The notes under the pieces: generated by a model
Databases searched by the model: none
The model's input: only the letters and a program-made list of their open reading frames with translations
Told to the model about the DNA's origin: nothing
Position numbers and translations under genes: made by a program
Source: an uncultured delta proteobacterium
GTDB lineage: Bacteria; Desulfobacterota; Desulfobacteria; Desulfobacterales; JAHEIW01
DNA length: 64,000 bases
Direction: 5' to 3'
Assembly (NCBI GenBank): GCA_963706575.1
Contig: CAVPNL010000001.1
Coordinates: 384,001-448,000, forward strand
In this document: positions 8,389 through 17,220 of the stretch, piece by piece
Numbering within the stretch: position 1 is the stretch's first letter
Layout: each line of letters starts with the position of its first letter

Positions 8389-9228
8389 TCACGCCTGCAT
8401 ATTGGCGGTCGCCGTATCCCGGCAGGATAACGCGATGCCGAAGGGGGTGATGAATTGAGGAATATGCGGCCGAAACGTTTCCATACCGATGTTTTCGGCG
8501 ACGATATCTGCAAAGCCCCGCAATTCACATGTTCCGCCCACCAGACAGACTTTTTCCAGATTATCGAATTCTGCTAAATAGGAAGCCGCGATACTGGCAA
8601 TTTTTTCGATAACCGGCTGAACGATTGCCAGAACTTCCCCGTTTTTCTGGGGATTCGTTTTTATTTTCTCAGCCTGTTCGTAGTTGATTTTTTGATTGCC
8701 CGCCAAAACGAGAGACAGATGAACACCTCCTGTGGCTTCGTCATTGGAATAAATGACTTCTCCATTTTTGATAACGGCAACTCCTGTTGTGCCGCCGCCC
8801 ACATCGACAATGGCCCCGTTTTCGATTTTAAGGACCTGATTGGCGGCTGTGGGCTCATCCAAGACATTGAGCACTTCCAAACCGACCCCCTCCAGGATAT
8901 GGGTGGTGGTTCTAAGGTTGGCGGATTCGGTCTGCGGCGGGTAGGATGTCGCGCCTCTTTCGATCGGCACAGGGCTGTGCTTTCTGATTTCTTCCATCAG
9001 CTCGCGGACGGTGTTCAAGGCCCCGACATAATCGACAATCATACCGCTGCGGGCGACTTCGGTCCGGCGCATGTTGGCCGCCCGCGGCGTGCCGGTTTCA
9101 TCGATAATGATGGCGATGGTTTTATAGGTTCCCACATCAACACCGGCATATAACTGCTCGGCACCGGCAAAATTCCAGTTGTCCGGCCGGTTTACAAGTT
9201 GGCTGAGCATGTTGATCGCATCCGTCAT
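8389..9228 (-). CDS. eutJ: EutJ (actin/Hsp70-like ATPase of BMC loci)
   Basis: GVDVGT, ATSYPP, VLDEPTAA, IVDVGGGTTG, DEATGGVHLSLVLAG, LVGGTC, ITPFGIA. Confidence 0.92.
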   Translation of the reverse strand: MTDAINMLSQLVNRPDNWNFAGAEQLYAGVDVGTYKTIAIIIDETGTPRAANMRRTEVARSGMIVDYVGALNTVRELMEEIRKHSPVPIERGATSYPPQTESANLRTTTHILEGVGLEVLNVLDEPTAANQVLKIENGAIVDVGGGTTGVAVIKNGEVIYSNDEATGGVHLSLVLAGNQKINYEQAEKIKTNPQKNGEVLAIVQPVIEKIASIAASYLAEFDNLEKVCLVGGTCELRGFADIVAENIGMETFRPHIPQFITPFGIALSCRDTATANMQA

Positions 9229-9779
9229 AAAATACTCCTGGAAATTTCATCAGTGGGCGAGGGGATTACCACATGGCTCAAAACCAACCCGGTGCCTTCC
9301 AGAATATCAATGCCGGCTTCTACCGCCGCCTCTACCGAATCCACACTGCCGGTTAAATATAAAAATGACTTTCCGCCCAGGCCGGTGGCGCAACGTATTT
9401 CAATGATTTCGACATTCGCCGCTTTAACTCCGGCATCGGCGGCCATAATCGAAGAGGCCACCGAGAATGTTTCAATAATTCCCAGTGAATCGACGCGTTT
9501 AATCCTGGTGGTCGCGGTGATGGCTGCAAATATGGAAGCATGCACATTGGGAATCACGAAATCATCTACCAGAAATTCCCCGGCCACCGCCTTGCCCACT
9601 TCATTTGCGCGTTCGATAGAGTCCACATCGCCGGAAACCATCACCATGTATTTTCCGGCGCAAATGGGTTGGGCGAAAACCAGCTCGACATCGGCCGCTT
9701 TCAGCATTTCATCGCCGGCCGCCACGCCCTTGGCGATACTGTTCAGTTCGATCATGGCAATTGCTTTGAGCTCTTCCAT
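9225..9779 (-). CDS. pduT: BMC-T shell protein PduT-like (Fe-S binding)
   Basis: IELNSIAKGVAAGDEMLKAA, PICAGKY (PduT pore cysteine motif), LGIIETFS, AADAGVKAA, GLGGK; adjacent to pduS. Confidence 0.9.
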   Translation of the reverse strand: MEELKAIAMIELNSIAKGVAAGDEMLKAADVELVFAQPICAGKYMVMVSGDVDSIERANEVGKAVAGEFLVDDFVIPNVHASIFAAITATTRIKRVDSLGIIETFSVASSIMAADAGVKAANVEIIEIRCATGLGGKSFLYLTGSVDSVEAAVEAGIDILEGTGLVLSHVVIPSPTDEISRSIL

Positions 9780-9791
9780 TTTTTATATCCG

Positions 9792-11129
9792 TCAGCGGGA
9801 TTGGATTACAATTTGTTTATCATCGACAGCTGATACGGTTCCATCGATACTGGCATGCACCCTGGCACCCAGGGCGCCTTCGGGAATTTCGCCGAGCAGG
9901 TCACCTTTTTGTACACGATCACCTTCGGCGACGACAGGAAGCGCGGGTTCTCCAAGATGCTGGTTTAAAAGAATTTTAACCTGTCTGATCTTGATTTCAT
10001 CTGGAAAAAACGCCGGATGGGTATCATATTTCATGACTTCCAGACGCTCCATCAGTCTTCGAAGAGGCACCTTACGGTTGTCGAAAAACGGCGACACCCG
10101 GTATGTTTCACGTTTGGCCTCGCGTTTAACGCCTTCTGCCAGGCATTTTTGCTTCAACACCGCGTTGATTTCCCGGGGCGAGAGCATCATGGGGCAGGCG
10201 AATTTTTCGCAAACGCCGCATTCCGAACAAATCAAAGCATCTTCCAGAATTTCTCCGTTCATTCCGGGCTTATACGCCAGGTGTCGCATGATCTTATGGG
10301 GCTCAAGCGAGTGCCCGATTAAATTGCGCGGGCAAAGATCCGTGCAGCGGGAGCACTGGGTACAGGCGGACTTGGCGATAAAGCGCATGCGTTCAATGTC
10401 TTTTTGTTTATCTCTGATGATATTGTGCTCCGGCGGCAATACAATAATGCCGCTCGTTGTTTTGGTTACCGGTTCCTGCTCACCAGTGAGCACCTTGCCC
10501 ATCATGGGGCCGCCCCTCACGATTCCATAATCGGGGATAAGGGAACCGCCGGCCAGCTGGATGACCTCGTCGACAGGTGTACCGATGGGCACCTTGCAGA
10601 CCATCGGGGTGCGAACCTCTCCGCAAACCGTTAGAAAGCGTTCGGTTACCGGCTGCTGCGTCATGGCGTGCGAGACATTTAACAGAGATTCAACATTGCA
10701 AACCACTGCCAGAACATTCAGCGGGATACCGCCCTCTGGGACAACGTGGCCGATGACTTCATTGACTAAAATAAACTCATCACCTGCCGGGTAATAGTCA
10801 TCCAGTTCATAAACATCGATATGAGGGGCGTAACCGTTGCCGGCAATTTTACTTTTAAGGATTTCAAGGGCCCGCTGGTGTTTTGACTTAACGCAAACCG
10901 TGCCTTTACCGGCATTGGTGCAATCCATTACGGTGCTCAGACCGTTTAAAATGAGATCGGTGTGATGTTCGAGCAGATGCGGATCACTTACGAGCAGCGG
11001 CTCACAGGAGGCTCCGTTTGCCAGTACCTGTTCGACTTCAAACTGCAGCTTCACGTGCGTCGGAAATCCGGCGCCCCCAGCACCAACAACACCGGCAGCC
11101 CGGATCTTATCGACAATATCTGCTCTCAT
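9792..11129 (-). CDS. pduS: PduS / RnfC-like flavo-iron-sulfur protein
   Basis: AGVVGAGGAGFPTHVK, CEPLL, YPAGDE, GGPMMG, CTQCSRCTDLCP and CSECGVCEKFACP 4Fe-4S motifs, QHLGEP...GARVHASIDG. Confidence 0.92.
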   Translation of the reverse strand: MRADIVDKIRAAGVVGAGGAGFPTHVKLQFEVEQVLANGASCEPLLVSDPHLLEHHTDLILNGLSTVMDCTNAGKGTVCVKSKHQRALEILKSKIAGNGYAPHIDVYELDDYYPAGDEFILVNEVIGHVVPEGGIPLNVLAVVCNVESLLNVSHAMTQQPVTERFLTVCGEVRTPMVCKVPIGTPVDEVIQLAGGSLIPDYGIVRGGPMMGKVLTGEQEPVTKTTSGIIVLPPEHNIIRDKQKDIERMRFIAKSACTQCSRCTDLCPRNLIGHSLEPHKIMRHLAYKPGMNGEILEDALICSECGVCEKFACPMMLSPREINAVLKQKCLAEGVKREAKRETYRVSPFFDNRKVPLRRLMERLEVMKYDTHPAFFPDEIKIRQVKILLNQHLGEPALPVVAEGDRVQKGDLLGEIPEGALGARVHASIDGTVSAVDDKQIVIQSR

Positions 11130-11419
11130 TTTTTCTTCACAGGCGCGTCGTCGACCAGTTCTAGATTATCAGCAATACCGATAACGACTGCGTCTATCGG
11201 GATCGGTGTCCCCTTGTTTAGTGCTTGCATGGCCGGTGCACCCCGGGTGACAATTACCATTTCACCGAATCCGGCGCCGACTTCATCGGCAGCAACCAGG
11301 ACGTTGCCGGCCGGTTTGAGGTCCTTTCCCAGAGGCTGGATGAACAATAGCCGTAACGCGGATATCGTATCCAGCTTCTTGGTGGACCAAACGTTTCCGA
11401 TAACTTTAGCAAGTAACAT
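11126..11419 (-). CDS. eutN: BMC vertex pentamer protein (EutN/CcmL family)
   Basis: MLLAKVIGNVWSTKK...VAADEVGAGFGEMVIVTRG...PIDAVVIGIAD. Confidence 0.95.
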   Translation of the reverse strand: MLLAKVIGNVWSTKKLDTISALRLLFIQPLGKDLKPAGNVLVAADEVGAGFGEMVIVTRGAPAMQALNKGTPIPIDAVVIGIADNLELVDDAPVKKK

Positions 11420-11469
11420 TCTGATGACCCTCCAGCCTCCGAGTAAACATTAACTTTCGATCGGGATTT

Positions 11470-11781
11470 CTATTTAAGATGTTCGGCTTCCTCGATGGCT
11501 TTAAGGCTGGCTTTGACATCAGCGATATCGCCAAAAATTCCGATCATGGTTACATGCTGCGGGCAAATCCCCTTCAGGTCGAAAACACGCACCGAAGCCG
11601 CTTTTTCGGCAACATCAGCGGCTGCGATCATGTCGACCACTTTTCCCTGAATGAGTCCAACAGCTGAATAAGGGACCTCAGCCTCGGATAAGATTTTTTT
11701 CCCGACGGCACCAACACGCTGTCTGAGAAATTCAAAGACTCCCGGGGAAGGATGGGAAATTAAATGGGTACTAAATGCCAT
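11470..11781 (-). CDS. grpU: Divergent BMC hexamer, GrpU-like (GxCPQ Fe-S motif)
   Basis: Likely start ATG 11781 after GAGAGG RBS; ISHPSPG...AVGLIQGKVVDMIAAADVAEKAA...KGICPQHVTMIGIFGD. Confidence 0.8.
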   Translation of the reverse strand: MAFSTHLISHPSPGVFEFLRQRVGAVGKKILSEAEVPYSAVGLIQGKVVDMIAAADVAEKAASVRVFDLKGICPQHVTMIGIFGDIADVKASLKAIEEAEHLK

Positions 11782-12024
11782 GATAGACCTCTCAGCATTC
11801 TGTTTTTTGCGAATCGTAAGCTGCGCTGCGGCGCTAAAATTATTGAATTCACCTTTTGATTCGGCATTTTCAGTGCTATTGATGACATGCGCTGATTTCA
11901 GCCGATTGCATGCAGACAAACTCCGGCCGATCTGGTCACTGGCCACGACACATTATTTTTCACGGCGTCACCGACCAAGCCGCACGCGCTTGCAGACCAA
12001 TCCGCTTCAGAACTTCCCGGAAAA

Positions 12025-12306
12025 TTATTCTTCGGCTTTCGGAATGGTATACTCGATGTCGCTGTGCGGTCTGGGGATAACGTGCACCGAAACCAGTTCG
12101 CCGACACGTTCGGCCGCTGCGCCACCGGCATCCGTGGCCGCCTTGACGGCACCGACGTCGCCGCGCACAAACACGGCAACCAGACCGCCGCCGACAAACT
12201 CTCTACCGACAAATCGTACTTTCGCTGCTTTTACCATTGCATCGGCGGCCTCAATCGCGCCGGCCAGACCTTTGGTTTCCACCATACCTAATGCTTGTTC
12301 AGCCAT
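12025..12306 (-). CDS. Major BMC hexamer shell protein (PduA/EutM-like)
   Basis: [24 protein letters not shown]...[23 protein letters not shown]...HVIPRPH; RBS CAGGAGG. Confidence 0.97.
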   Translation of the reverse strand: MAEQALGMVETKGLAGAIEAADAMVKAAKVRFVGREFVGGGLVAVFVRGDVGAVKAATDAGGAAAERVGELVSVHVIPRPHSDIEYTIPKAEE

Positions 12307-12330
12307 TCTTGTTTACCTCCTGATTATAGA

Positions 12331-12834
12331 TTAGCGTTTCAATCGAATTGCGCGGGCCGTCATAGACCAGTCTCTGGGGATTTCTATGATAACCGTTGCG
12401 GTTTGATCCATTTTTTTCGTTTGTTTGACTGCGGTAACGACCGCTTCTCCTAATTCCTGCCCTGCTCTATCCAGGGCGATCACGGTTTCTCCTTTTTCCG
12501 GCAAGGGCCGATATTCATAAGGCATCTCGAGCGCCGCCATATTATCCGGCAGGCTTTCATCGACAATAAAGATGGCCTGGCCGGGGCAGATGGGCAAACA
12601 GCTGCGGCAGCCCACACAGTTATCTTCCGTTAGCACGGGAGGGGTGGTGATATCCTCACCGACGGTAATGGCATCATATTTACAGCTGGCTTCACAGGGA
12701 TTGCACGGAATGTCTTCCAGACATTCGAGCACGGCCACCGCACCCATGCGGCGCCGCGTCTCCGACGGTATGCCTTTGCCGTTTTTTAGTTCTTTTTGCG
12801 AAAGGAATCCGGTTTTGGTTGAATCAGCGGCCAT
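12331..12834 (-). CDS. 2x[4Fe-4S] ferredoxin-like subunit of the dehydrogenase complex
   Basis: ECLEDIPCNPCEASC and CVGCRSCLPICPGQAI; MPYEYRPLP...LDRAG resembles the ferredoxin partner of sarcosine/proline dehydrogenase-like clusters. Confidence 0.85.
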   Translation of the reverse strand: MAADSTKTGFLSQKELKNGKGIPSETRRRMGAVAVLECLEDIPCNPCEASCKYDAITVGEDITTPPVLTEDNCVGCRSCLPICPGQAIFIVDESLPDNMAALEMPYEYRPLPEKGETVIALDRAGQELGEAVVTAVKQTKKMDQTATVIIEIPRDWSMTARAIRLKR

Positions 12835-13928
12835 TATGCTTGCGCTTTCATTGTGTCATTCAGGTATTGCTTGGCTTTGCCCCTGGCTTCTCCATGGCTG
12901 CCGCTGCGCAAACCGACCATGCTTTTAAGTTGCACTTCGCGCTGCTTTAAAAACTCAGGCTCATCCAGATAACCGAGTCTGCAGGCAATTGCCAGTCCGG
13001 CGATACGGCCTTCGATAATTGCCGTGCTGGCCTCTTCAATGCCGGATGCATCACCGGCCACGTAAACGCCATTAACAGATGTTTCCTGGTTCAGGTTATG
13101 TGACGGTACCTTGCCGCCTAGCACCGGAGAGTCGACGATCTGGCAGCCGGTCATTCTGAGCAACTGGTTCATGGGGTTGAGGCCGACGGCGATACATACC
13201 GTATCGACATCGAATTGTTTCTCCGTACCGTGTATCGGTTTCCAATTTTCATCCACTTCAATTATCGTGGCGCCCTCAACCCGTTCTGTGCCATGCGCTG
13301 CCTTAATCGTGTGTGACATAAAAAAAGGGACTCCGGTCCGGGCGATCTTGGCAGCGTGCACAGCGTAACCGCCGATTTCGGGTGCGGCATCGATAACGGC
13401 TGCAACCTGGCAGCCGGCTTGCAGCATCTGGTAGCTGACAATGACACCGACATTGCCCGATCCCACCATAAGAATGGCTTTGCCCGGTCGGATGCCATGG
13501 ATATTGGCCATGGTCTGAGCGGCGCCGGCGCCGATGACCCCCGGCAGGGTCCAGCCGGGGAAGGGGATCATGTTCTCTGATGCGCCGGTGGCCACCAGGG
13601 TACACTGGGCCTTTACGTGCTCAATGCGATCCCGGATCAGGACGTTGAGGGCGCCGTTTTCGTAGATACCTAAAACCACTGAATTCAAAGAAACTTCAAC
13701 GTTCAGTTCCCGGGCGTCGCTCAGGAAACTGTTGCCAATATCAAATCCGCGTTCCTTGGCGTGGTGCTCCTGGGAGCCGAAAAACTTGTGGATCTGTTTG
13801 AAAAGCTGACCGCCGGGGCGGTCGTTTTCATCATAGACGACAACCTCAACGCCGTATTTAGCAGCTTCGACGGCGGCTGCCAGTCCGGCGGGACCGGCGC
13901 CGACGCATACCATTTCACATCTTCTCAC
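12834..13928 (-). CDS. FAD/NAD(P)-binding oxidoreductase, sarcosine oxidase alpha N-terminal / HcnB-like subunit
   Basis: VGAGPAGLAAA, DENDRPGGQLFKQIHKFFG, ATGASE...FPGWTLPGV.GAGAAQ, GSGNVG, VYVAGDASGIEEA; no GcvT-like C-terminal domain. Confidence 0.88.
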   Translation of the reverse strand: MRRCEMVCVGAGPAGLAAAVEAAKYGVEVVVYDENDRPGGQLFKQIHKFFGSQEHHAKERGFDIGNSFLSDARELNVEVSLNSVVLGIYENGALNVLIRDRIEHVKAQCTLVATGASENMIPFPGWTLPGVIGAGAAQTMANIHGIRPGKAILMVGSGNVGVIVSYQMLQAGCQVAAVIDAAPEIGGYAVHAAKIARTGVPFFMSHTIKAAHGTERVEGATIIEVDENWKPIHGTEKQFDVDTVCIAVGLNPMNQLLRMTGCQIVDSPVLGGKVPSHNLNQETSVNGVYVAGDASGIEEASTAIIEGRIAGLAIACRLGYLDEPEFLKQREVQLKSMVGLRSGSHGEARGKAKQYLNDTMKAQA

Positions 13929-14248
13929 GGCTTGCCTCGTGATAAATCCGGCCCGTTGCCATGTTGCGTTTCAACCACCATGCCTTCTCTTAGCGGTTCG
14001 ATACACGTTCGAATATTGGGTATGCCGTCCACCACCATGATACAATCGGTGCAACGGCCAATGGCACAAAACACGCCCCGGGGCTCATTTCGTTTGGTGG
14101 TGTAACGGTGGATCAGCACCCCGTTGCTTCGCAGCGCAATCGCAATCGGTTCGCCGGCAAAACCTTCCATGGTTTTGCCGTCAAAGGTGAAGCGGACCTT
14201 GGGACCTTTTTCGAACACTCCCAGAATCGGATGTTCTTCAATGCGCAT
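13925..14248 (-). CDS. [2Fe-2S] subunit (Fer2_4, HcnA / sarcosine oxidase alpha N-terminus-like)
   Basis: MRIEEHPILG...FTFDGK...GEPIAIAL...PRGVFCAIGRCTDCIMVVDGIPNIRTC. Confidence 0.88.
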   Translation of the reverse strand: MRIEEHPILGVFEKGPKVRFTFDGKTMEGFAGEPIAIALRSNGVLIHRYTTKRNEPRGVFCAIGRCTDCIMVVDGIPNIRTCIEPLREGMVVETQHGNGPDLSRGKP

Positions 14249-14283
14249 TATCAAGAATCCAATAAAAATTTATATTCATCCGA

Positions 14284-15594
14284 CTAACAGAAACCAAACA
14301 TTTCACCAAAAGTATAATTGCTGCCCACCAGAGGGATACCGGTCATGGCGCAGGCTTCAAGGGTCAAGGACCGCAGGTCTTCTCTTTCCATGCTGTGCAA
14401 TTTGGTTTTGCCGGCGGCTTTGGCAATAATGACGGCTTCATTCGTCAGGGCCTGAATATAGTTCGCAACTCGTTGGGCGGCTTTTTCGATATCGAGCCGT
14501 TGTCTTAATTGAGGATCCTGGGTTCCGATCCCGTAGGCGCAGCGGCCTTCGTGACACCGTAAACAAACCACACATCCCATGGCAACCATGGCGCCGGTGC
14601 CGATGGCAACCGCATCCGCCCCGATGGCAATGGCTTTGGCAACATCGGCGCCGTCTTTGATGCCGCCTGAGACAATCAGGCTGACTTCGTCCTTCACACC
14701 CATGTCTTCCAAGGCGCGCACGGCCTGGACCAGTGCCGGCAGGGTCGGTATTCCCAGGTTGTTCGAAGCCACCACCGGCGCAGCGCCCGTGCCGGCTTCG
14801 CCACCGTCGATGACAATACCGTCTATGCCCGCTTTGACGGCAATTTTTACGTCTTCCCAGACTCTACCCGCGGCTATTTTTAAAAATATGGGAATCTGAC
14901 TGTCGGTAATGTCCCGCAGTTCTTCCATTTTCAGGCATAGATCATCGGCTCCGAAAATATCGCCGTGGCGGGGGTGGCTGTGTAAATCAATGCCTTCCGG
15001 CAGCTGCCGGAAAGCGGCGATTTCCTTGGTGATTTTGCTGGCCATCAAATGGCCGGCCAGACCCGGTTTGGCGCCGATGCCCACAATGATTTCGAGTGCA
15101 TCGGCAGCCTCGATGTTGCGCAGGGTAAATGCCATACGACTGGGCAGAATTTGGACCACCTGCTTATAGGAATTGTCTCTTTCTTCAGGCAGCAAGCCGC
15201 CCTCACCGTTGTTGATGGATGTGCCGACGATATCGGTGGCTTTTGCCAGCGCCGTTTTGGCTTCTTTGCTCAGCGCGCCGTAAGACATTCCGGAAATCAA
15301 AATAGGCGTTTCAACGACCAGCGGTTTTTTGGCAAAACGGGCTCCCAAGACGGTCTGGGTTTTGCAATCCTCGCGATAGGTGTCGATGGACATTCGCGTC
15401 AGCTGGGAGGGCAGAACCAGTAAATCGTCAAAATTGGGGTATTTTCTGGGGGTGCCGCAGCCACGGATGCGGTGTTTGCCCATCTGGGCCTTATATTTGA
15501 CTTCTGAAATCGATTCCGGGTTCCAGACCCCTCTTTGAACATCTTTGACCCGAGGCGTTTTATCGGTTGCTTTTTTTTCGTCTTTTTTTGCCAT
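14284..15594 (-). CDS. mgsC: FMN-binding glutamate synthase family protein, N-methylglutamate synthase subunit C (MgsC/GlxD-like)
   Basis: NFDDLL...YREDCKTQTVLGARFAKKPL...GMSYGALS, GAKPG.GHL, GIDLHSHPRH, IDGGEAGTG, SGGIKDGADVAKAIAIGAD, [3Fe-4S] motif CVVCLRCHEGRC; stand-alone size 436 aa. Confidence 0.8.
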   Translation of the reverse strand: MAKKDEKKATDKTPRVKDVQRGVWNPESISEVKYKAQMGKHRIRGCGTPRKYPNFDDLLVLPSQLTRMSIDTYREDCKTQTVLGARFAKKPLVVETPILISGMSYGALSKEAKTALAKATDIVGTSINNGEGGLLPEERDNSYKQVVQILPSRMAFTLRNIEAADALEIIVGIGAKPGLAGHLMASKITKEIAAFRQLPEGIDLHSHPRHGDIFGADDLCLKMEELRDITDSQIPIFLKIAAGRVWEDVKIAVKAGIDGIVIDGGEAGTGAAPVVASNNLGIPTLPALVQAVRALEDMGVKDEVSLIVSGGIKDGADVAKAIAIGADAVAIGTGAMVAMGCVVCLRCHEGRCAYGIGTQDPQLRQRLDIEKAAQRVANYIQALTNEAVIIAKAAGKTKLHSMEREDLRSLTLEACAMTGIPLVGSNYTFGEMFGFC

Positions 15595-16295
15595 TATTCC
15601 TGAGCCCTTTGTTTATGGGTTGGTTTAAAAAGGACGTATTCGTGGCGGCCATAAATTTTTGGAACAATGCTTTGAAACTCGTTGACATCCTGATCGATCC
15701 CGTATTTTTGAAACAGGGGCTTTAGCACCTTTTTTTCTTTTGGATCGATGGGAACGATGCGGACGTTGCCGCCCAGCTTTTTTTCGACCGCAGGATCCAT
15801 CACATGAATAACGCCGTCATACATGGATTCCCCGATACCTTCGCCGACTTCTCCTAAAACAACGATTCGGCCGCCGAGCGTCATCTTTCCGGTCCAGCGT
15901 CCGACACTGCCGCAGACAATCAGGGTGCCGCCTTTCATGCCCCAGCCGGCTCGGCTGCCGCTGTTGCCCTTGATCACCACAGTGCCGCCGACCATCGAAG
16001 GCGCCGCATTGCTGCCGGTGTTCATTTCGACGATGATTTCGCCGGCCGTCATGTTGTCGCCCGTATACCAGCCGGTATTTCCCTCCACCACAATGGTCGG
16101 CCCTTCAAGAAATCCGCCCGTGTAAAATCCGGTGCTGCCGTGAACGGTAATCGTTCCCTTTCCGATCAAGGCCGTGGCGAAGTTGTGCATGGAATGGGGG
16201 TTGTCAATTTCAATTTGGTCTTCGGTTTTAATCAATTCCTTAAGCTTGCGATTGACTTCTCGGGAGCTCATTTTTTTTAAATCTAAACGGACCAT
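15594..16295 (-). CDS. mgsB: GXGXG beta-helix protein, N-methylglutamate synthase subunit B (MgsB/GlxC-like)
   Basis: Likely start MVRLDLKKMSSREVN, overlapping the mgsA stop; repeated G-x-x-G-x-x-x-G rungs (GSTGFYTGG, GNTGWYTG, GNSGSRAG, GEVGEGIGESMY). Confidence 0.8.
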   Translation of the reverse strand: MVRLDLKKMSSREVNRKLKELIKTEDQIEIDNPHSMHNFATALIGKGTITVHGSTGFYTGGFLEGPTIVVEGNTGWYTGDNMTAGEIIVEMNTGSNAAPSMVGGTVVIKGNSGSRAGWGMKGGTLIVCGSVGRWTGKMTLGGRIVVLGEVGEGIGESMYDGVIHVMDPAVEKKLGGNVRIVPIDPKEKKVLKPLFQKYGIDQDVNEFQSIVPKIYGRHEYVLFKPTHKQRAQE

Positions 16296-17183
16296 ACCTG
16301 CACGCCTCCTGGATCCATCTCCGTTGCATAAACATCGGAGACAATTGGGGTTAAACAAATTTGCTCAGACCCAAAGAGCACGGTGGCATCACCTTTTTCA
16401 AAATACAACATCGGCTTTATGCCCAGCCGATCTCTCAAGGCACCCAGCTGATTCTCCGTGCTGACAAGCAAGGTGAAGACACCGTCGAATGTATCCAATC
16501 CCAGGTTAAGGGCCTGTTCCAGATCCAATCCTTTTTCCTTCATGTGATAGGCAATGAAATGGGCGGCCATTTCCGAGTCATTGTTGGTTTTGAAGCGGAT
16601 CCCCCAGTTTTGCATTTTGCGGCGCATGTTGAAGTAATTGGTGAATTGTCCGTTGTGCACAATTGCCAGCTCCGGATAAAGGTAGGACACAAAGGGATGG
16701 GCAAAATTGATGTTTTCCACGCTTTCGGTGGCCAGGCGTACATGGCCGATTCCGTGGCTGCCTTTGACTTCCGGAATTTTGTGGCATTGCCGCAATTCTT
16801 CAGCGGAGCCCTCATCCTTGTATATCTTGATGCGTTTACCGATGGAGTGGACACACAGATTTGGATGCGAATCAATTGCCCAATTCAAATCGCTGATTTT
16901 ATGCCGGATCCATATCGATGGACGCCTCGTAAAAGGTGAAAATGCCCTGTCCCTGATAGATCCGGTAATCAGACGGCGTGCCGAATTTTTGAATAATTTC
17001 TTCAAGCGCCTGCTGATAACTTGCCTCCGTCAGGGAAACGCGCAGGTCGATGGTGTCGCGGTTTTCGTAAATGGCCACGCCGGTGGCATCTTTGCCCCGG
17101 TGGATGAGCTCATTTAGCATGTTAATCAGATCATTGCCCAGGGTAGGGGAGTCTTTGGTAATAATGCCTGCAATTCCACACAC
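16283..17183 (-). CDS. mgsA: Class II (Ntn) glutamine amidotransferase, N-methylglutamate synthase subunit A (MgsA/GlxB-like); 1-nt frameshift at ~16901
   Basis: GTG start MCGIAG (N-terminal Cys), HRGKDATG; continues in another frame with GIGHVRLATES, AHPF, VHNGQFTNY, NDSE, RDRLGIKP. Removing one base gives ~299 aa. Confidence 0.8.
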
Positions 17184-17220
17184 AACACACCTCCCATTTT
17201 TGACGGCTTATCCGTGAATG

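Noticed and set aside
9199..10530. 443-aa plus-strand ORF
   Set aside because: Antisense shadow of pduT/pduS; Ser/Thr/Pro-rich with no recognisable motif.
11782..12024. 55-aa N-terminal extension of the GrpU-like ORF / possible structured RNA after the BMC-H gene
   Set aside because: A good RBS precedes ATG 11781 and the extension is not BMC-like; I could not identify a convincing RNA motif or terminator in the gap.
1145..12306. Assignment as a standard Eut, Pdu or GRM microcompartment
   Set aside because: No eutBC, pduCDE, glycyl-radical enzyme or activase is in the locus, despite eutJ, pduS/T and grpU homologs.
16899..16901. Programmed frameshift or stop-codon recoding in mgsA
   Set aside because: No slippery heptamer or downstream structure is evident, the stop is TAA, and similar indels occur in unrelated genes.
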